Translations under genes and position numbers: made by a program
Notes under the pieces: model-generated
What the model saw: only the letters and a program-made list of their open reading frames with translations
What the model was told of the DNA's origin: nothing
Databases searched by the model: none
Assembly (NCBI GenBank): GCA_964016885.1
Contig: OZ024744.1
Span: 126,418,001 to 126,482,000 of the forward strand
Origin: Eledone cirrhosa
Taxonomy: Eukaryota
DNA length: 64,000 nt
Direction: 5' to 3'
Shown here: in pieces, positions 37,853-51,500 of the stretch
Position numbering within the stretch: position 1 is the first letter of the stretch
How the letters are laid out: every line of letters begins with the position of its first letter

Positions 37853-38100
37853 CCTAAGTTAAGTTGGGGCTAAGTTAAGTTGGGGCTAAGTTAAGTTGGG
37901 GCTAAGTTGAGTTGGGGTTAAGTTAAGTGGGGGTTAAGTTAAGCTGGGGTTAAGTTAAGTTGAGGTTAAGTTAAGTTGGGGTTAAGTCAAGTTGGGGTTA
38001 AGTTAAGTTGGGGTTAAGTTAGGTTGGGGTTAAGTTAGGTTGGGGTTAAGTTAGGTTGGGGTTAAGTTAAGTTGGGGTTAAGTTAGGTTGCGGTTAAGTT
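37853..38100 (+). repeat. 16-bp G-rich minisatellite (TTAAGTTA[A/G]GTTGGGG) x~15
   Basis: ggggc at 37866, 37882 and 37898. Abuts the start of satellite block 2. Confidence 0.9.
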
Positions 38101-41100
38101 ACATTCGCCGCCGGACTTCAGCTTCCTCATTTAGCATGGGCAGTTTTTCTTGAAAATCACACCACACACAGCAAATGTGTGTCCGCACATGTACCAGTAA
38201 TTACAGATGGATCCCACCACGGGCGGCTGGCCCACGATCGAAAAGGTTACTCCGCCTGCAAACGGTCATTTTCGAATTCGTTTTCTTCGAAGCACACGAT
38301 TCGCCGGCGGACTTCAGCTGCCTCATTTAGCATGGGCAGTTTTTCTCGAAAATCACACCACACACAGCAAATGTGTGTCCGCACATGTACCAGTAATTAC
38401 AGATCGATTCCGGTGAAAATTCACTGAAAACGGGCCATTCGGCCCTGTGCGTCGATCGTGGGCCGGCCGGATGTTGACGGATCGATGTGTAATTAGAAGT
38501 ACATGTGCGGACACTCATTGGCTGTGCGTGGTATGCATTTCAGCAAGATATCTCCGTAACATCAAGAGTTATGGCTGTGGAGGCACACCTAGTCAAACGT
38601 AAACAAGCTCTGGAGCGTATACGCTTCGCGATTTTGTTTACGTTTGACTAGGTGTGCCTCCACAGCCACAACTCTTGATGTTACGGAGATATCTTGCTGA
38701 AATGCATACCACGCACAGCCAATGAGTGTCCGCACATGTACTTCTAATTACACATCGATCCGTCAACATCCGGCCGGCCCACGATCGACGCACAGGGCCG
38801 GATGGCCCGTTTTCAGTGAATTTTCACCGGAATCGATCTGTAATTACTGGTACATGTGCGGACACACATTTGCTGTGTGTGGTGTGATTTTCACGAAAAA
38901 CTGCCCATGCTAAATGAGGAAGCTGAAGTCCGCCGGCGAATGGTGTGCTTCGAAGAAAACTAATTCGAAAATGACCGTTTGCAGGCGGAGTAACCTTTTC
39001 GATCGTGGGCCAGCCGCCCGTGGTGGGATACATCTGTAATTACTGGTACATGTGCGGACACACATTTGCTGTGTGTGGTGTGATTTTCGAGAAAGACTGC
39101 CCATGCTAAATGAGGAAGCTGAAGTCCGCCGGCGAATGGTGTGCTTCGAAGAAAACTAATTCGAAAATGACTATTTGCCGGCGGAATCACCTTTTCGGTC
39201 CTGGTCCGGCCGGATCTTGCCGGATCGATCGGAAATTTGTGGACCATGTTCGGAAGGCCATTGTGCATGTGTGATGAAAAAAATTTGTGTCGAAATCTTC
39301 TCGGAAAATAACGGATCGCCGGCGGAGATTGCCATTTCGATCGTGGGCCGGCCGGATCTTGTCGGATCGATTCGGACATATGTGCATCGTGTTCGCAAGG
39401 CCCTTGTCTATGTGTGGTGTGATTTTCATAAAGAAATTCCGAAAAACCCAGTTTTAAATCTGATTTCGCCAAAGAATTTTGGCTATCAGATCGGGTTGAA
39501 AGGTATGGTTTCAGGTCGATCTGAAAGTCTAAAATGGAATTCACTCGGTTAGCTAACTTTTGATATATCGGAGATATCTTTCTGAAAATCACACCACACA
39601 CTCCCAATGAGTGTCTGCACATGGACCAGTAATTACAGATGGATCCCACCACGGGCGGCCGGCCCACGATCGAAAAGGTTACTCCGAAGCACACCATTCG
39701 CCGGCGGAATTCATTTAGCATGGGCAGTTTTTCTCGAAAATCACACCACACACAGCCAATGAGTGTCCGCACATGTACCAGTAATTACAGATGGATCCCA
39801 CCACGGGCGGCTGGCCCACGATCGAAAAGGTTACTCCGCCTGCAAACGGTCATTTTCGAATTAGTTTTCTTCGAAGCACACCATTCGCCGGCGGACTTCA
39901 GCTTCCTCATTTAGCATGGGCAGTTTTTCTCGAAAATCACACCACACACAGCAAATGTGTGTCCGCACATGTACCAGTAATTACAGATCGATTCCGGTGA
40001 AAATTCACTGAAAACGGGCCATTCTGCCCTGTGCGTCGATCGTGGGCCGGCCGGATGTTGACGGATCGATGTGTAATTAGAAGTACATGTGCGGACACTC
40101 ATTGGCTGTGCGTGGTATGCATTTCAGCAAGATATCTCCGTAACATCAAGAGTTATGGCTGTGGAGGCACACCTAGTCAAACGTAAACAAGCTCTGGAGC
40201 GTATACGCTTCGCGATTTTGTTTACGTTTGACTAGGTGTGCCTCCACAGCCACAACTCTTGATGTTACGGAGATATCTTGCTGAAATGCATACCACGCAC
40301 AGCCAATGAGGGTCCGCACATGTACTTCTAATTACACATCGATCCGTCAACATCCGGCCGGCCCACGATCGACGCACAGGGCCGGATGGCCCGTTTTCAG
40401 TGAATTTTCACCGGAATCGATCTGTAATTACTGGTACATGTGCGGACACACATTTGCTGTGTGTGGTGTGATTTTCACGAAAAACTGCCCATGCTAAATG
40501 AGGAAGCTGAAGTCCGCCGGCGAATGGTGTGCTTCGAAGAAAACTAATTCGAAAATGACCGTTTGCAGGCGGAGTAACCTTTTCGATCGTGGGCCAGCCG
40601 CCCGTGGTGGGATACATCTGTAATTACTGGTACATGTGCGGACACACATTTGCTGTGTGTGGTGTGATTTTCGAGAAAGACTGCCCATGCTAAATGAGGA
40701 AGCTGAAGTCCGCCGGCGAATGGTGTGCTTCGAAGAAAACTAATTCGAAAATGACTATTTGCCGGCGGAATCACCTTTTCGGTCCTGGTCCGGCCGGATC
40801 TTGCCGGATCGATCGGAAATTTGTGGACCATGTTCGGAAGGCCATTGTGCATGTGTGGTGAAAAAAATTTGTGTCGAAATCTTCTCGGAAAATAACGGAT
40901 CGCCGGCGGAGATTGCCATTTCGATCGTGGGCCGGCCGGATCTTGTCGGATCGATTCGGACATATGTGCATCGTGTTCGCAAGGCCCTTGTCTATGTGTG
41001 GTATGATTTTCATAAAGAAATTCCGAAAAACCCAGTTTTAAATCTGATTTCGCCAAAGAATTTTGGCTATCAGATCGGGTTGAAAGGTATGGTTTCAGGT

Positions 41101-44100
41101 CGATCTGAAAGTCTAAAATGGAATTCACTCGGTTAGCTAACTTTTGATATATCGGAGATATCTTTCTGAAAATCACACCACACACTCCCAATGAGTGTCT
41201 GCACATGTACCAGTAATTACAGATGGATCCCACCACGGGCGGCCGGCCCACGATCGAAAAGGTTACTCCGAAGCACACCATTCGCCGGCGGAATTCATTT
41301 AGCATGGGCAGTTTTTCTCGAAAATCACACCACACACAGCCAATGAGTGTCCGCACATGTACCAGTAATTACAGATGGATCCCACCACGGGCGGCTGGCC
41401 CACGATCGAAAAGGTTACTCCGCCTGCAAACGGTCATTTTCGAATTAGTTTTCTTCGAAGCACACCATTCGCCGGCGGACTTCAGCTTCCTCATTTAGCA
41501 TGGGCAGTTTTTCTCGAAAATCACACCACACACAGCAAATGTGTGTCCGCACATGTACCAGTAATTACAGATCGATTCCGGTGAAAATTCACTGAAAACG
41601 GGCCATTCTGCCCTGTGCGTCGATCGTGGGCCGGCCGGATGTTGACGGATCGATGTGTAATTAGAAGTACATGTGCGGACACTCATTGGCTGTGCGTGGT
41701 ATGCATTTCAGCAAGATATCTCCGTAACATCAAGAGTTATGGCTGTGGAGGCACACCTAGTCAAACGTAAACAAGCTCTGGAGCGTATACGCTTCGCGAT
41801 TTTGTTTACGTTTGACTAGGTGTGCCTCCACAGCCACAACTCTTGATGTTACGGAGATATCTTGCTGAAATGCATACCACGCACAGCCAATGAGGGTCCG
41901 CACATGTACTTCTAATTACACATCGATCCGTCAACATCCGGCCGGCCCACGATCGACGCACAGGGCCGGATGGCCCGTTTTCAGTGAATTTTCACCGGAA
42001 TCGATCTGTAATTACTGGTACATGTGCGGACACACATTTGCTGTGTGTGGTGTGATTTTCACGAAAAACTGCCCATGCTAAATGAGGAAGCTGAAGTCCG
42101 CCGGCGAATGGTGTGCTTCGAAGAAAACTAATTCGAAAATGACCGTTTGCAGGCGGAGTAACCTTTTCGATCGTGGGCCAGCCGCCCGTGGTGGGATACA
42201 TCTGTAATTACTGGTACATGTGCGGACACACATTTGCTGTGTGTGGTGTGATTTTCGAGAAAGACTGCCCATGCTAAATGAGGAAGCTGAAGTCCGCCGG
42301 CGAATGGTGTGCTTCGAAGAAAACTAATTCGAAAATGACTATTTGCCGGCGGAATCACCTTTTCGGTCCTGGTCCGGCCGGATCTTGCCGGATCGATCGG
42401 AAATTTGTGGACCATGTTCGGAAGGCCATTGTGCATGTGTGGTGAAAAAAATTTGTGTCGAAATCTTCTCGGAAAATAACGGATCGCCGGCGGAGATTGC
42501 CATTTCGATCGTGGGCCGGCCGGATCTTGTCGGATCGATTCGGACATATGTGCATCGTGTTCGCAAGGCCCTTGTCTATGTGTGGTATGATTTTCATAAA
42601 GAAATTCCGAAAAACCCAGTTTTAAATCTGATTTCGCCAAAGAATTTTGGCTATCAGATCGGGTTGAAAGGTATGGTTTCAGGTCGATCTGAAAGTCTAA
42701 AATGGAATTCACTCGGTTAGCTAACTTTTGATATATCGGAGATATCTTTCTGAAAATCACACCACACACTCCCAATGAGTGTCTGCACATGTACCAGTAA
42801 TTACAGATGGATCCCACCACGGGCGGCCGGCCCACGATCGAAAAGGTTACTCCGAAGCACACCATTCGCCGGCGGAATTCATTTAGCATGGGCAGTTTTT
42901 CTCGAAAATCACACCACACACAGCCAATGAGTGTCCGCACATGTACCAGTAATTACAGATGGATCCCACCACGGGCGGCTGGCCCACGATCGAAAAGGTT
43001 ACTCCGCCTGCAAACGGTCATTTTCGAATTAGTTTTCTTCGAAGCACACCATTCGCCGGCGGACTTCAGCTTCCTCATTTAGCATGGGCAGTTTTTCTCG
43101 AAAATCACACCACACACAGCAAATGTGTGTCCGCACATGTACCAGTAATTACAGATCGATTCCGGTGAAAATTCACTGAAAACGGGCCATTCTGCCCTGT
43201 GCGTCGATCGTGGGCCGGCCGGATGTTGACGGATCGATGTGTAATTAGAAGTACATGTGCGGACACTCATTGGCTGTGCGTGGTATGCATTTCAGCAAGA
43301 TATCTCCGTAACATCAAGAGTTATGGCTGTGGAGGCACACCTAGTCAAACGTAAACAAGCTCTGGAGCGTATACGCTTCGCGATTTTGTTTACGTTTGAC
43401 TAGGTGTGCCTCCACAGCCACAACTCTTGATGTTACGGAGATATCTTGCTGAAATGCATACCACGCACAGCCAATGAGGGTCCGCACATGTACTTCTAAT
43501 TACACATCGATCCGTCAACATCCGGCCGGCCCACGATCGACGCACAGGGCCGGATGGCCCGTTTTCAGTGAATTTTCACCGGAATCGATCTGTAATTACT
43601 GGTACATGTGCGGACACACATTTGCTGTGTGTGGTGTGATTTTCACGAAAAACTGCCCATGCTAAATGAGGAAGCTGAAGTCCGCCGGCGAATGGTGTGC
43701 TTCGAAGAAAACTAATTCGAAAATGACCGTTTGCAGGCGGAGTAACCTTTTCGATCGTGGGCCAGCCGCCCGTGGTGGGATACATCTGTAATTACTGGTA
43801 CATGTGCGGACACACATTTGCTGTGTGTGGTGTGATTTTCGAGAAAGACTGCCCATGCTAAATGAGGAAGCTGAAGTCCGCCGGCGAATGGTGTGCTTCG
43901 AAGAAAACTAATTCGAAAATGACTATTTGCCGGCGGAATCACCTTTTCGGTCCTGGTCCGGCCGGATCTTGCCGGATCGATCGGAAATTTGTGGACCATG
44001 TTCGGAAGGCCATTGTGCATGTGTGGTGAAAAAAATTTGTGTCGAAATCTTCTCGGAAAATAACGGATCGCCGGCGGAGATTGCCATTTCGATCGTGGGC

Positions 44101-45240
44101 CGGCCGGATCTTGTCGGATCGATTCGGACATATGTGCATCGTGTTCGCAAGGCCCTTGTCTATGTGTGGTATGATTTTCATAAAGAAATTCCGAAAAACC
44201 CAGTTTTAAATCTGATTTCGCCAAAGAATTTTGGCTATCAGATCGGGTTGAAAGGTATGGTTTCAGGTCGATCTGAAAGTCTAAAATGGAATTCACTCGG
44301 TTAGCTAACTATTGATATATCGGAGATATCTTTCTGAAAATCACACCACACACTCCCAATGAGTGTCTGCACATGTACCAGTAATTACAGATGGATCCCA
44401 CCACGGGCGGCCGGCCCACGATCGAAAAGGTTACTCCGAAGCACACCATTCGCCGGCGGAATTCATTTAGCATGGGCAGTTTTTCTCGAACATCACACCA
44501 CACACAGCCAATGAGTGTCCGCACATGTACCAGTAATTACAGATGGATCCCACCACGGGCGGCTGGCCCACGATCGAAAAGGTTACTCCGCCTGCAAACG
44601 GTCATTTTCGAATTAGTTTTCTTCGAAGCACACCATTCGCCGGCGGACTTCAGCTTCCTCATTTAGCATGGGCAGTTTTTCTTGAAAATCACACCACACA
44701 CAGCAAATGTGTGTCCGCACATGTACCAGTAATTACAGATCGATTCCGGTGAAAATTCACTGAAAACGGGCCATTCGGCCCTGTGCGTCGATCGTGGGCC
44801 GGCCGGATGTTGACGGATCGATGTGTAATTAGAAGTACATGTGCGGACACTCATTGGCTGTGCGTGGTATGCATTTCACTAAGATATCTCCGTAACATCA
44901 AGAGTTATGGCTGTGGAGGCACACCTAGTCAAACGTAAACAAGGTCTGGAGCGTTTACGCTTCGCGATTTTGTTTACGTTTGACTAGGTGTGCCTCCACA
45001 GCGACAACTCTTGATGTTACGGAGATATCTTGCTGAAATTCATACCACGCACAGCCAATGAGTGTCCGCACATGTACCTGTAATTACACATCGATCCGAC
45101 GACGGACAGAGTATTCGGTTTATTTTCTTGACATATTTCTTTACATATTGTCCAGGCATGCACTTTTTCCATGATTAGTTCTGTTGACGGCCCGCTTTCC
45201 AAAATACCTTATCCTGTGCAACGCCGGGTACCACTGCTAG
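38101..45240. repeat. 1584-bp palindromic satellite, block 2 (5 centres), ending in the Helitron-like end
   Basis: ORF periodicity 39175/40759/42343/43927. Centres at ~38620, 40204, 41788, 43372, 44956. Confidence 0.95.
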
Positions 45241-45459
45241 TATATATATGTGTATGTATATATATATATATATATTGGTAAACGGAATAGAAAATTGTGA
45301 CAAATTGTTCACAGTGAAAAATAGTTTAATTAGGAATAAGTGATAATTAGTAATAGTATTGGTTAGTATTAAGTTTTGGTTTTAAGTTTTACCGGTTGCG
45401 CATTTCTAATGCTTTTCAAAAATAATTTTGAGATAGAGCGTCCGTGATGTTTGCTCTGA

Positions 45460-45511
<52 letters not shown>

Positions 45512-48500
45512 AACAGTAGAAAGGAAAAAGATTTTTTCAGTAGAAATTGCTGAAGAGATTCTTTCAGTGTAATTTCAAAACATTAATTTATTTATAAAGT
45601 GGATATTTCCACATTTAATAATGGCACTGGGTTCAGCATTATATACATTGTCAATTGTGGATTCTACTTTTGGCACAAGGGCTGCAATTATCCAGTACAT
45701 TACTGGTACTTTATTATTTATACAAATAATAATTGTTTCTACTTTTGGCACAAGGGCAGCAATTACCCAGTACATTACTGGTACTTTATTATTTATACAA
45801 ATAATAATTGTTTCTACTTTAGGCACAAGGTCAGCAATTACCCAGTACATTACTGGTACTTTATTATTTATACAAATAATAATTGTTTCTACTTTAGGCA
45901 CAAGGTCAGCAATTACCCCAGTACTTTATTTTATCGACCCCGTAAGGATGAAAGAAAAGTTAACCTCAACGGGATTTGAACTCAGTCTGTAAAGGGAGGT
46001 AACTGCTGGATTAATTTGGTTAATTAAGTTAACAGAAATTATGAACCGGTTTCTACAGAGCCTTCTGGACATTTAACCCTTTAGCATTTAAACCAGCCAT
46101 ACCTAGCCAGAATACTCTCACATCTTTCTGTTCAAACCAGCCATAACTGGCCACTCATACTGACGTTAAGGTATTGTTCTCAATATAAATAATATCAAAA
46201 TCTCATAGATTCGATATTATATGAGATAATTATGTAAGATAAAGCCTTTACCACAAAAATACAATAGTATATATAGAGTAATAAAAATGCTAAAGGGTAA
46301 AAGTAGCTTATTATTTTGTGAGCTCTTGCTACTTATTGCTCTTGTGCATCAAGAACATACACAGCTTACATTTTGTTGCTAATCTCACTGAGATCCAACT
46401 ACATCTCTTGTTTATCCATAGTTTGGAATTTCTACCTACTCCTTTCCTTTAGAATGATCAAGGCCATTTTCTTGTGGGGATCTAGGCCCTGTTTTCCTTT
46501 CTATTTTGCCAAGTTATCTTACATCACTTTCATTCTAGACCATGCTTCCAGGTTTGGAATTTCTCCTCTAATTTTACCACAGATTAAGTGACAAGGGTTC
46601 AATCATGTGCATACAGGAGTTCCCATGGACAGCCAGTAATATGTAATAGCCTGCAGGATGATAATAAACAGAAGAGGGTTAATTACAGAGCCCTGATAGA
46701 GGGTTAATAACAGAGCCCTGATAGACTTGTTCACTCAACTCCTCACTATAGCCATCATTACTTTTAACCTTACTGACTGCTCCTCCATACATGGCTTTTA
46801 CTGCTCTCACAAGCCACTCATATACCCCTAGTTTTCTAAGTTATACACCAGATTAGGGAAGGGGGAAGTCTCACAGAAGCTCTCTCTGGGTCAACAAATG
46901 CCAAGTAGAGGGGCTTATTTTAGCTAGGTACTACTCTTGCAGTTGCCACACAAGGAAGAGGACATCAGTGGTACTTTTACCTGGCACAAATCCAAACTTC
47001 ATCTCATCTAGGTTAACTTGGTCCCTAATCAGCTGTGTTATAAATCTAACACCTTCATGAAGTGGTCCATCTAATATCTCTATAGTTTTCTAGCTCTAGT
47101 ACATCTCCTTTGCCCTTGTAGCAGTTGATGATGATGATACTACACCATTTATTTGGTATGACACCATTTTGTATTACATGCTGTACGATACCAGTGGTTA
47201 AGATGTGACCCACCATCCCAGATACTTTCAGTATCTCAGCAACTATCACCAATGGACAAGATACTTTCTCTGTCTTCATATCCTTAATTACCTTACTTCA
47301 TATCCTTAATTACCTTACTGCTTACTTGTATGGCTGGACCCTCTGTTGGGCCCACTTTCCGTAGACTATCTTCCTCCCATGCATTCTCCTCATTCAGTAA
47401 TCTTTCATAAAGGCATTTCCATGTTACAAAGGTTGGCTGAAAAGTTCATAGACTATCAATGATAGCATGATGCTAGAACTGTGAAATCTTGCCTGCATTA
47501 ATTTCAACTCTTCTTATTAATAACTGCATTGTTTCCTTCCAGGGACTATGTTGAAAAATAAACCTCATTTGGTCATTCCATGAGTGTATCTTGGTCTGCC
47601 TATGAACTTTTCAGCTGACCCTATTCAGCATCAGTGAGCCCAAATGCCCCATTATCATCCTGGACACACTTTACCCCAACATCACAATTTGCCCTCACAC
47701 ACTGCCTCACAATCCTGAACATCTCATGTATTTCATCCTCACATCATAAAACCAACTGAAATTATATATTCTCTGCTTCCCTCCTTGCAAAGAATACTTC
47801 TTGCCTAGCTTCCTGTAGTGTACCCTCCAGCTGCCTCCATTCTGCCATTATTCCATGCCTGTCTCTTGGCCTTAACTGTCTCATCTACCCTAGTGTTTCA
47901 CCACCAAGATACTCTCCTCTCTGAAGCCCTGCTCCAGCCACAGATCTAGTTTGACACCTTCAGCAAAGGTTCTTTAAGGAACTCCCACTGTTCCCCTATA
48001 TTGTATGTTTCTATTTGTTCTTCCTTACTGTTGTAAAGATCAAACAAAATATCTCTAAATTTGGAACTGGCTGAGGGGTCCTTTAACTTCCATATCCTTC
48101 TCCTCCAAGTTGCCCTCAGTCTTCAAGTTCATCTAAGTCTATGAAATCACTAACTACTGGGTTATGTTGGGAGGTGCATTCTTCCCCAGGGGGTGGGGAT
48201 TGTGTGTTTACAAATGTCAATATCTCATCTTCTGGTGAGGATAAAAATCTGACTGGCATGCTCCTCTGACCAATAGGTGTTGAAGTGGTTGTCGGGTAAA
48301 CGTTAAGACCCTCTGATATACATATATATATATATACTAGCAGTGGTACCCGGCGTTGCACGGGATAACGTATTTCGGAACGCGGGCCGCCATCTTCCAC
48401 TTCAGCCGGTCGCCCTAAAGTGTTGGCTATTCAGTCTACTTGAGGCCAGTTGGTGAGGGGGGGGTAAAGCTTTCAGTGTGCTACTACCCTCACGGTCAAA

Positions 48501-51500
48501 TAGAAAGGGAGAGGAAGAAAAGTCAGCGTTAATATCGTGCTACACGTTTGAAAGGTTGGATGACCTTAGAGTTCACCAGGGTGGGGGGTTCTAAAAGTAT
48601 CTATCTTGGTATTTTATCTTAGAAGTAATCATTACAGAGTGTACTGGGTGTATTTTAGTGGGCAGTAATTCCATAAAGAACACAGTATAATCTGTGGACA
48701 CAAGCCTTGCAGTGTGATTACAGGCAGGTTAATGGGAAAGATAGATTATATATGTGACATGATGTACATGAGAAGTGAGGACACAGACCACACATGAAAT
48801 AGATTCCTACAACTGTCAGGGAGGCTCCCTAGAATTACAGATGACATATTTCAATATCTCGGTGATCAAGTTAGCAGTGGAGGAAGAATCTCTAAAAGTG
48901 TAATACCCAGGATAAGGACAGGCTGGAAGAAGTTTAGAGTACTGTTCCATCTGTTGACAACAAAGGGCTTCTCTCTCAGAATGGAGGCTAGACTGCTTGA
49001 TACTTATGTGTGGTCTGCAATCTACACCCCAGCCATGCCCCTTCCACTACCACTCCTTAGCTATTTCTCTCCATTAATACTCCTCACATTTCAAGCAGTT
49101 TTCTCATCTCAATGAAAGAAAAATATTGGGCTCAAGAGAAGTCTTCAGTTATGCCATGGTGTGGCAACCTCCCTAGGGTTGGGCAGAGTGTAAATGAGAG
49201 TGAAATTAGGTATGAGAGGGATCAGATGCAGTATACAAGAGAGTAGATTACATTGGTATGGTCATGTGATGGGTATAAAGGATGACAGCTGTATAAAAAT
49301 GTGCTGGGCAATCAAAGTTGATGGAAGTTATGAAGGCGGAAGACCTAGGATGAGGTGATAAAAGATGACTTTGCACAATTGCAACTCTCAAAGACAATGA
49401 CACAGGATAGAGATCTTATTTATGTTTATTTACGTTTAGCGTAATCGATTTGTTTTCGATTTGTTTCCATATCACCACGCGTTTTATTTCATAGTCATAG
49501 TTATCAAGTTAGAAAACAAATGAAGTTCAGGGGGCCGACACTACCGACTTTCTTAAAGAAAAACAATTTAACGCGGGTAACTACAAGATAACCTTGATTT
49601 GTAATACTGGCAGACATTGAAATATTTAAAATTCTCTATAATTTCCTTTTTATCAGGTCCCAAGCAGTAACACTTCGAATATTTCAATAAATATTAACCA
49701 GTTACTCCCGTTTTCGTTCTTTCTTTAATGTGCACTCTTTCTTTCTTTAATGTGCATTCTTTCTTTCCTCTACACTGCATCTGACCTCTCTTATACCTAG
49801 TTTCTCTCTCAGTTTATTAATGCTTGTTGTTCATGCACACTATTACACATCTATCAGATCCTGTAAACTTCATTTCTTTCCAGTCTTTATAGGTCCTCTG
49901 AATATATTGCCCTGGTCTCACTTCAATGTAACATTGCTGTTTGTACACAGACTTCATACAATCTGCCTTTCACTTTCAGGGGAAATCATTTTGTAGGCAT
50001 CAGTAGTAGTAGCTCCCTAAACTGTTTCCATCCCATTCTCACTCAGGCTACTGTACCTTCAGAACACCCACCTCCACTGTTAATTTGGTTAATTAAGTTA
50101 ACAGAAATTATGAACCGGTTTCTACAGAGCCTTCTGGACATTTAACCCTTTAGCATTTAAACCAGCCATACCTAGCCAGAATACTCTCACATCTTTCTGT
50201 TCAAACCAGCCATAACTGGCCACTCATACTGACGTTAAGGTATTGTTCTCAATATAAATAATATCAAAATCTCATAGATTCGATATTATATGAGATAATT
50301 ATGTAAGATAAAGCCTTTACCACAAAAATACAATAGTATATATAGAGTAATAAAAATGCTAAAGGGTAAAAGTAGCTTATTATTTTGTGAGCTCTTGCTA
50401 CTTATTGCTCTTGTGCATCAAGAACATACACAGCTTACATTTTGTTGCTAATCTCACTGAGATCCAACTACATCTCTTGTTTATCCATAGTTTGGAATTT
50501 CTACCTACTCCTTTCCTTTAGAATGATCAAGGCCATTTTCTTGTGGGGATCTAGGCCCTGTTTTCCTTTCTATTTTGCCAAGTTATCTTACATCACTTTC
50601 ATTCTAGACCATGCTTCCAGGTTTGGAATTTCTCCTCTAATTTTACCACAGATTAAGTGACAAGGGTTCAATCATGTGCATACAGGAGTTCCCATGGACA
50701 GCCAGTAATATGTAATAGCCTGCAGGATGATAATAAACAGAAGAGGGTTAATTACAGAGCCCTGATAGAGGGTTAATAACAGAGCCCTGATAGACTTGTT
50801 CACTCAACTCCTCACTATAGCCATCATTACTTTTAACCTTACTGACTGCTCCTCCATACATGGCTTTTACTGCTCTCACAAGCCACTCATATACCCCTAG
50901 TTTTCTAAGTTATACACCAGATTAGGGAAGGGGGAAGTCTCACAGAAGCTCTCTCTGGGTCAACAAATGCCAAGTAGAGGGGCTTATTTTAGCTAGGTAC
51001 TACTCTTGCAGTTGCCACACAAGGAAGAGGACATCAGTGGTACTTTTACCTGGCACAAATCCAAACTTCATCTCATCTAGGTTAACTTGGTCCCTAATCA
51101 GCTGTGTTATAAATCTAACACCTTCATGAAGTGGTCCATCTAATATCTCTATAGTTTTCTAGCTCTAGTACATCTCCTTTGCCCTTGTAGCAGTTGATGA
51201 TGATGATACTACACCATTTATTTGGTATGACACCATTTTGTATTACATGCTGTACGATACCAGTGGTTAAGATGTGACCCACCATCCCAGATACTTTCAG
51301 TATCTCAGCAACTATCACCAATGGACAAGATACTTTCTCTGTCTTCATATCCTTAATTACCTTACTTCATATCCTTAATTACCTTACTGCTTACTTGTAT
51401 GGCTGGACCCTCTGTTGGGCCCACTTTCCGTAGACTATCTTCCTCCCATGCATTCTCCTCATTCAGTAATCTTTCATAAAGGCATTTCCATGTTACAAAG

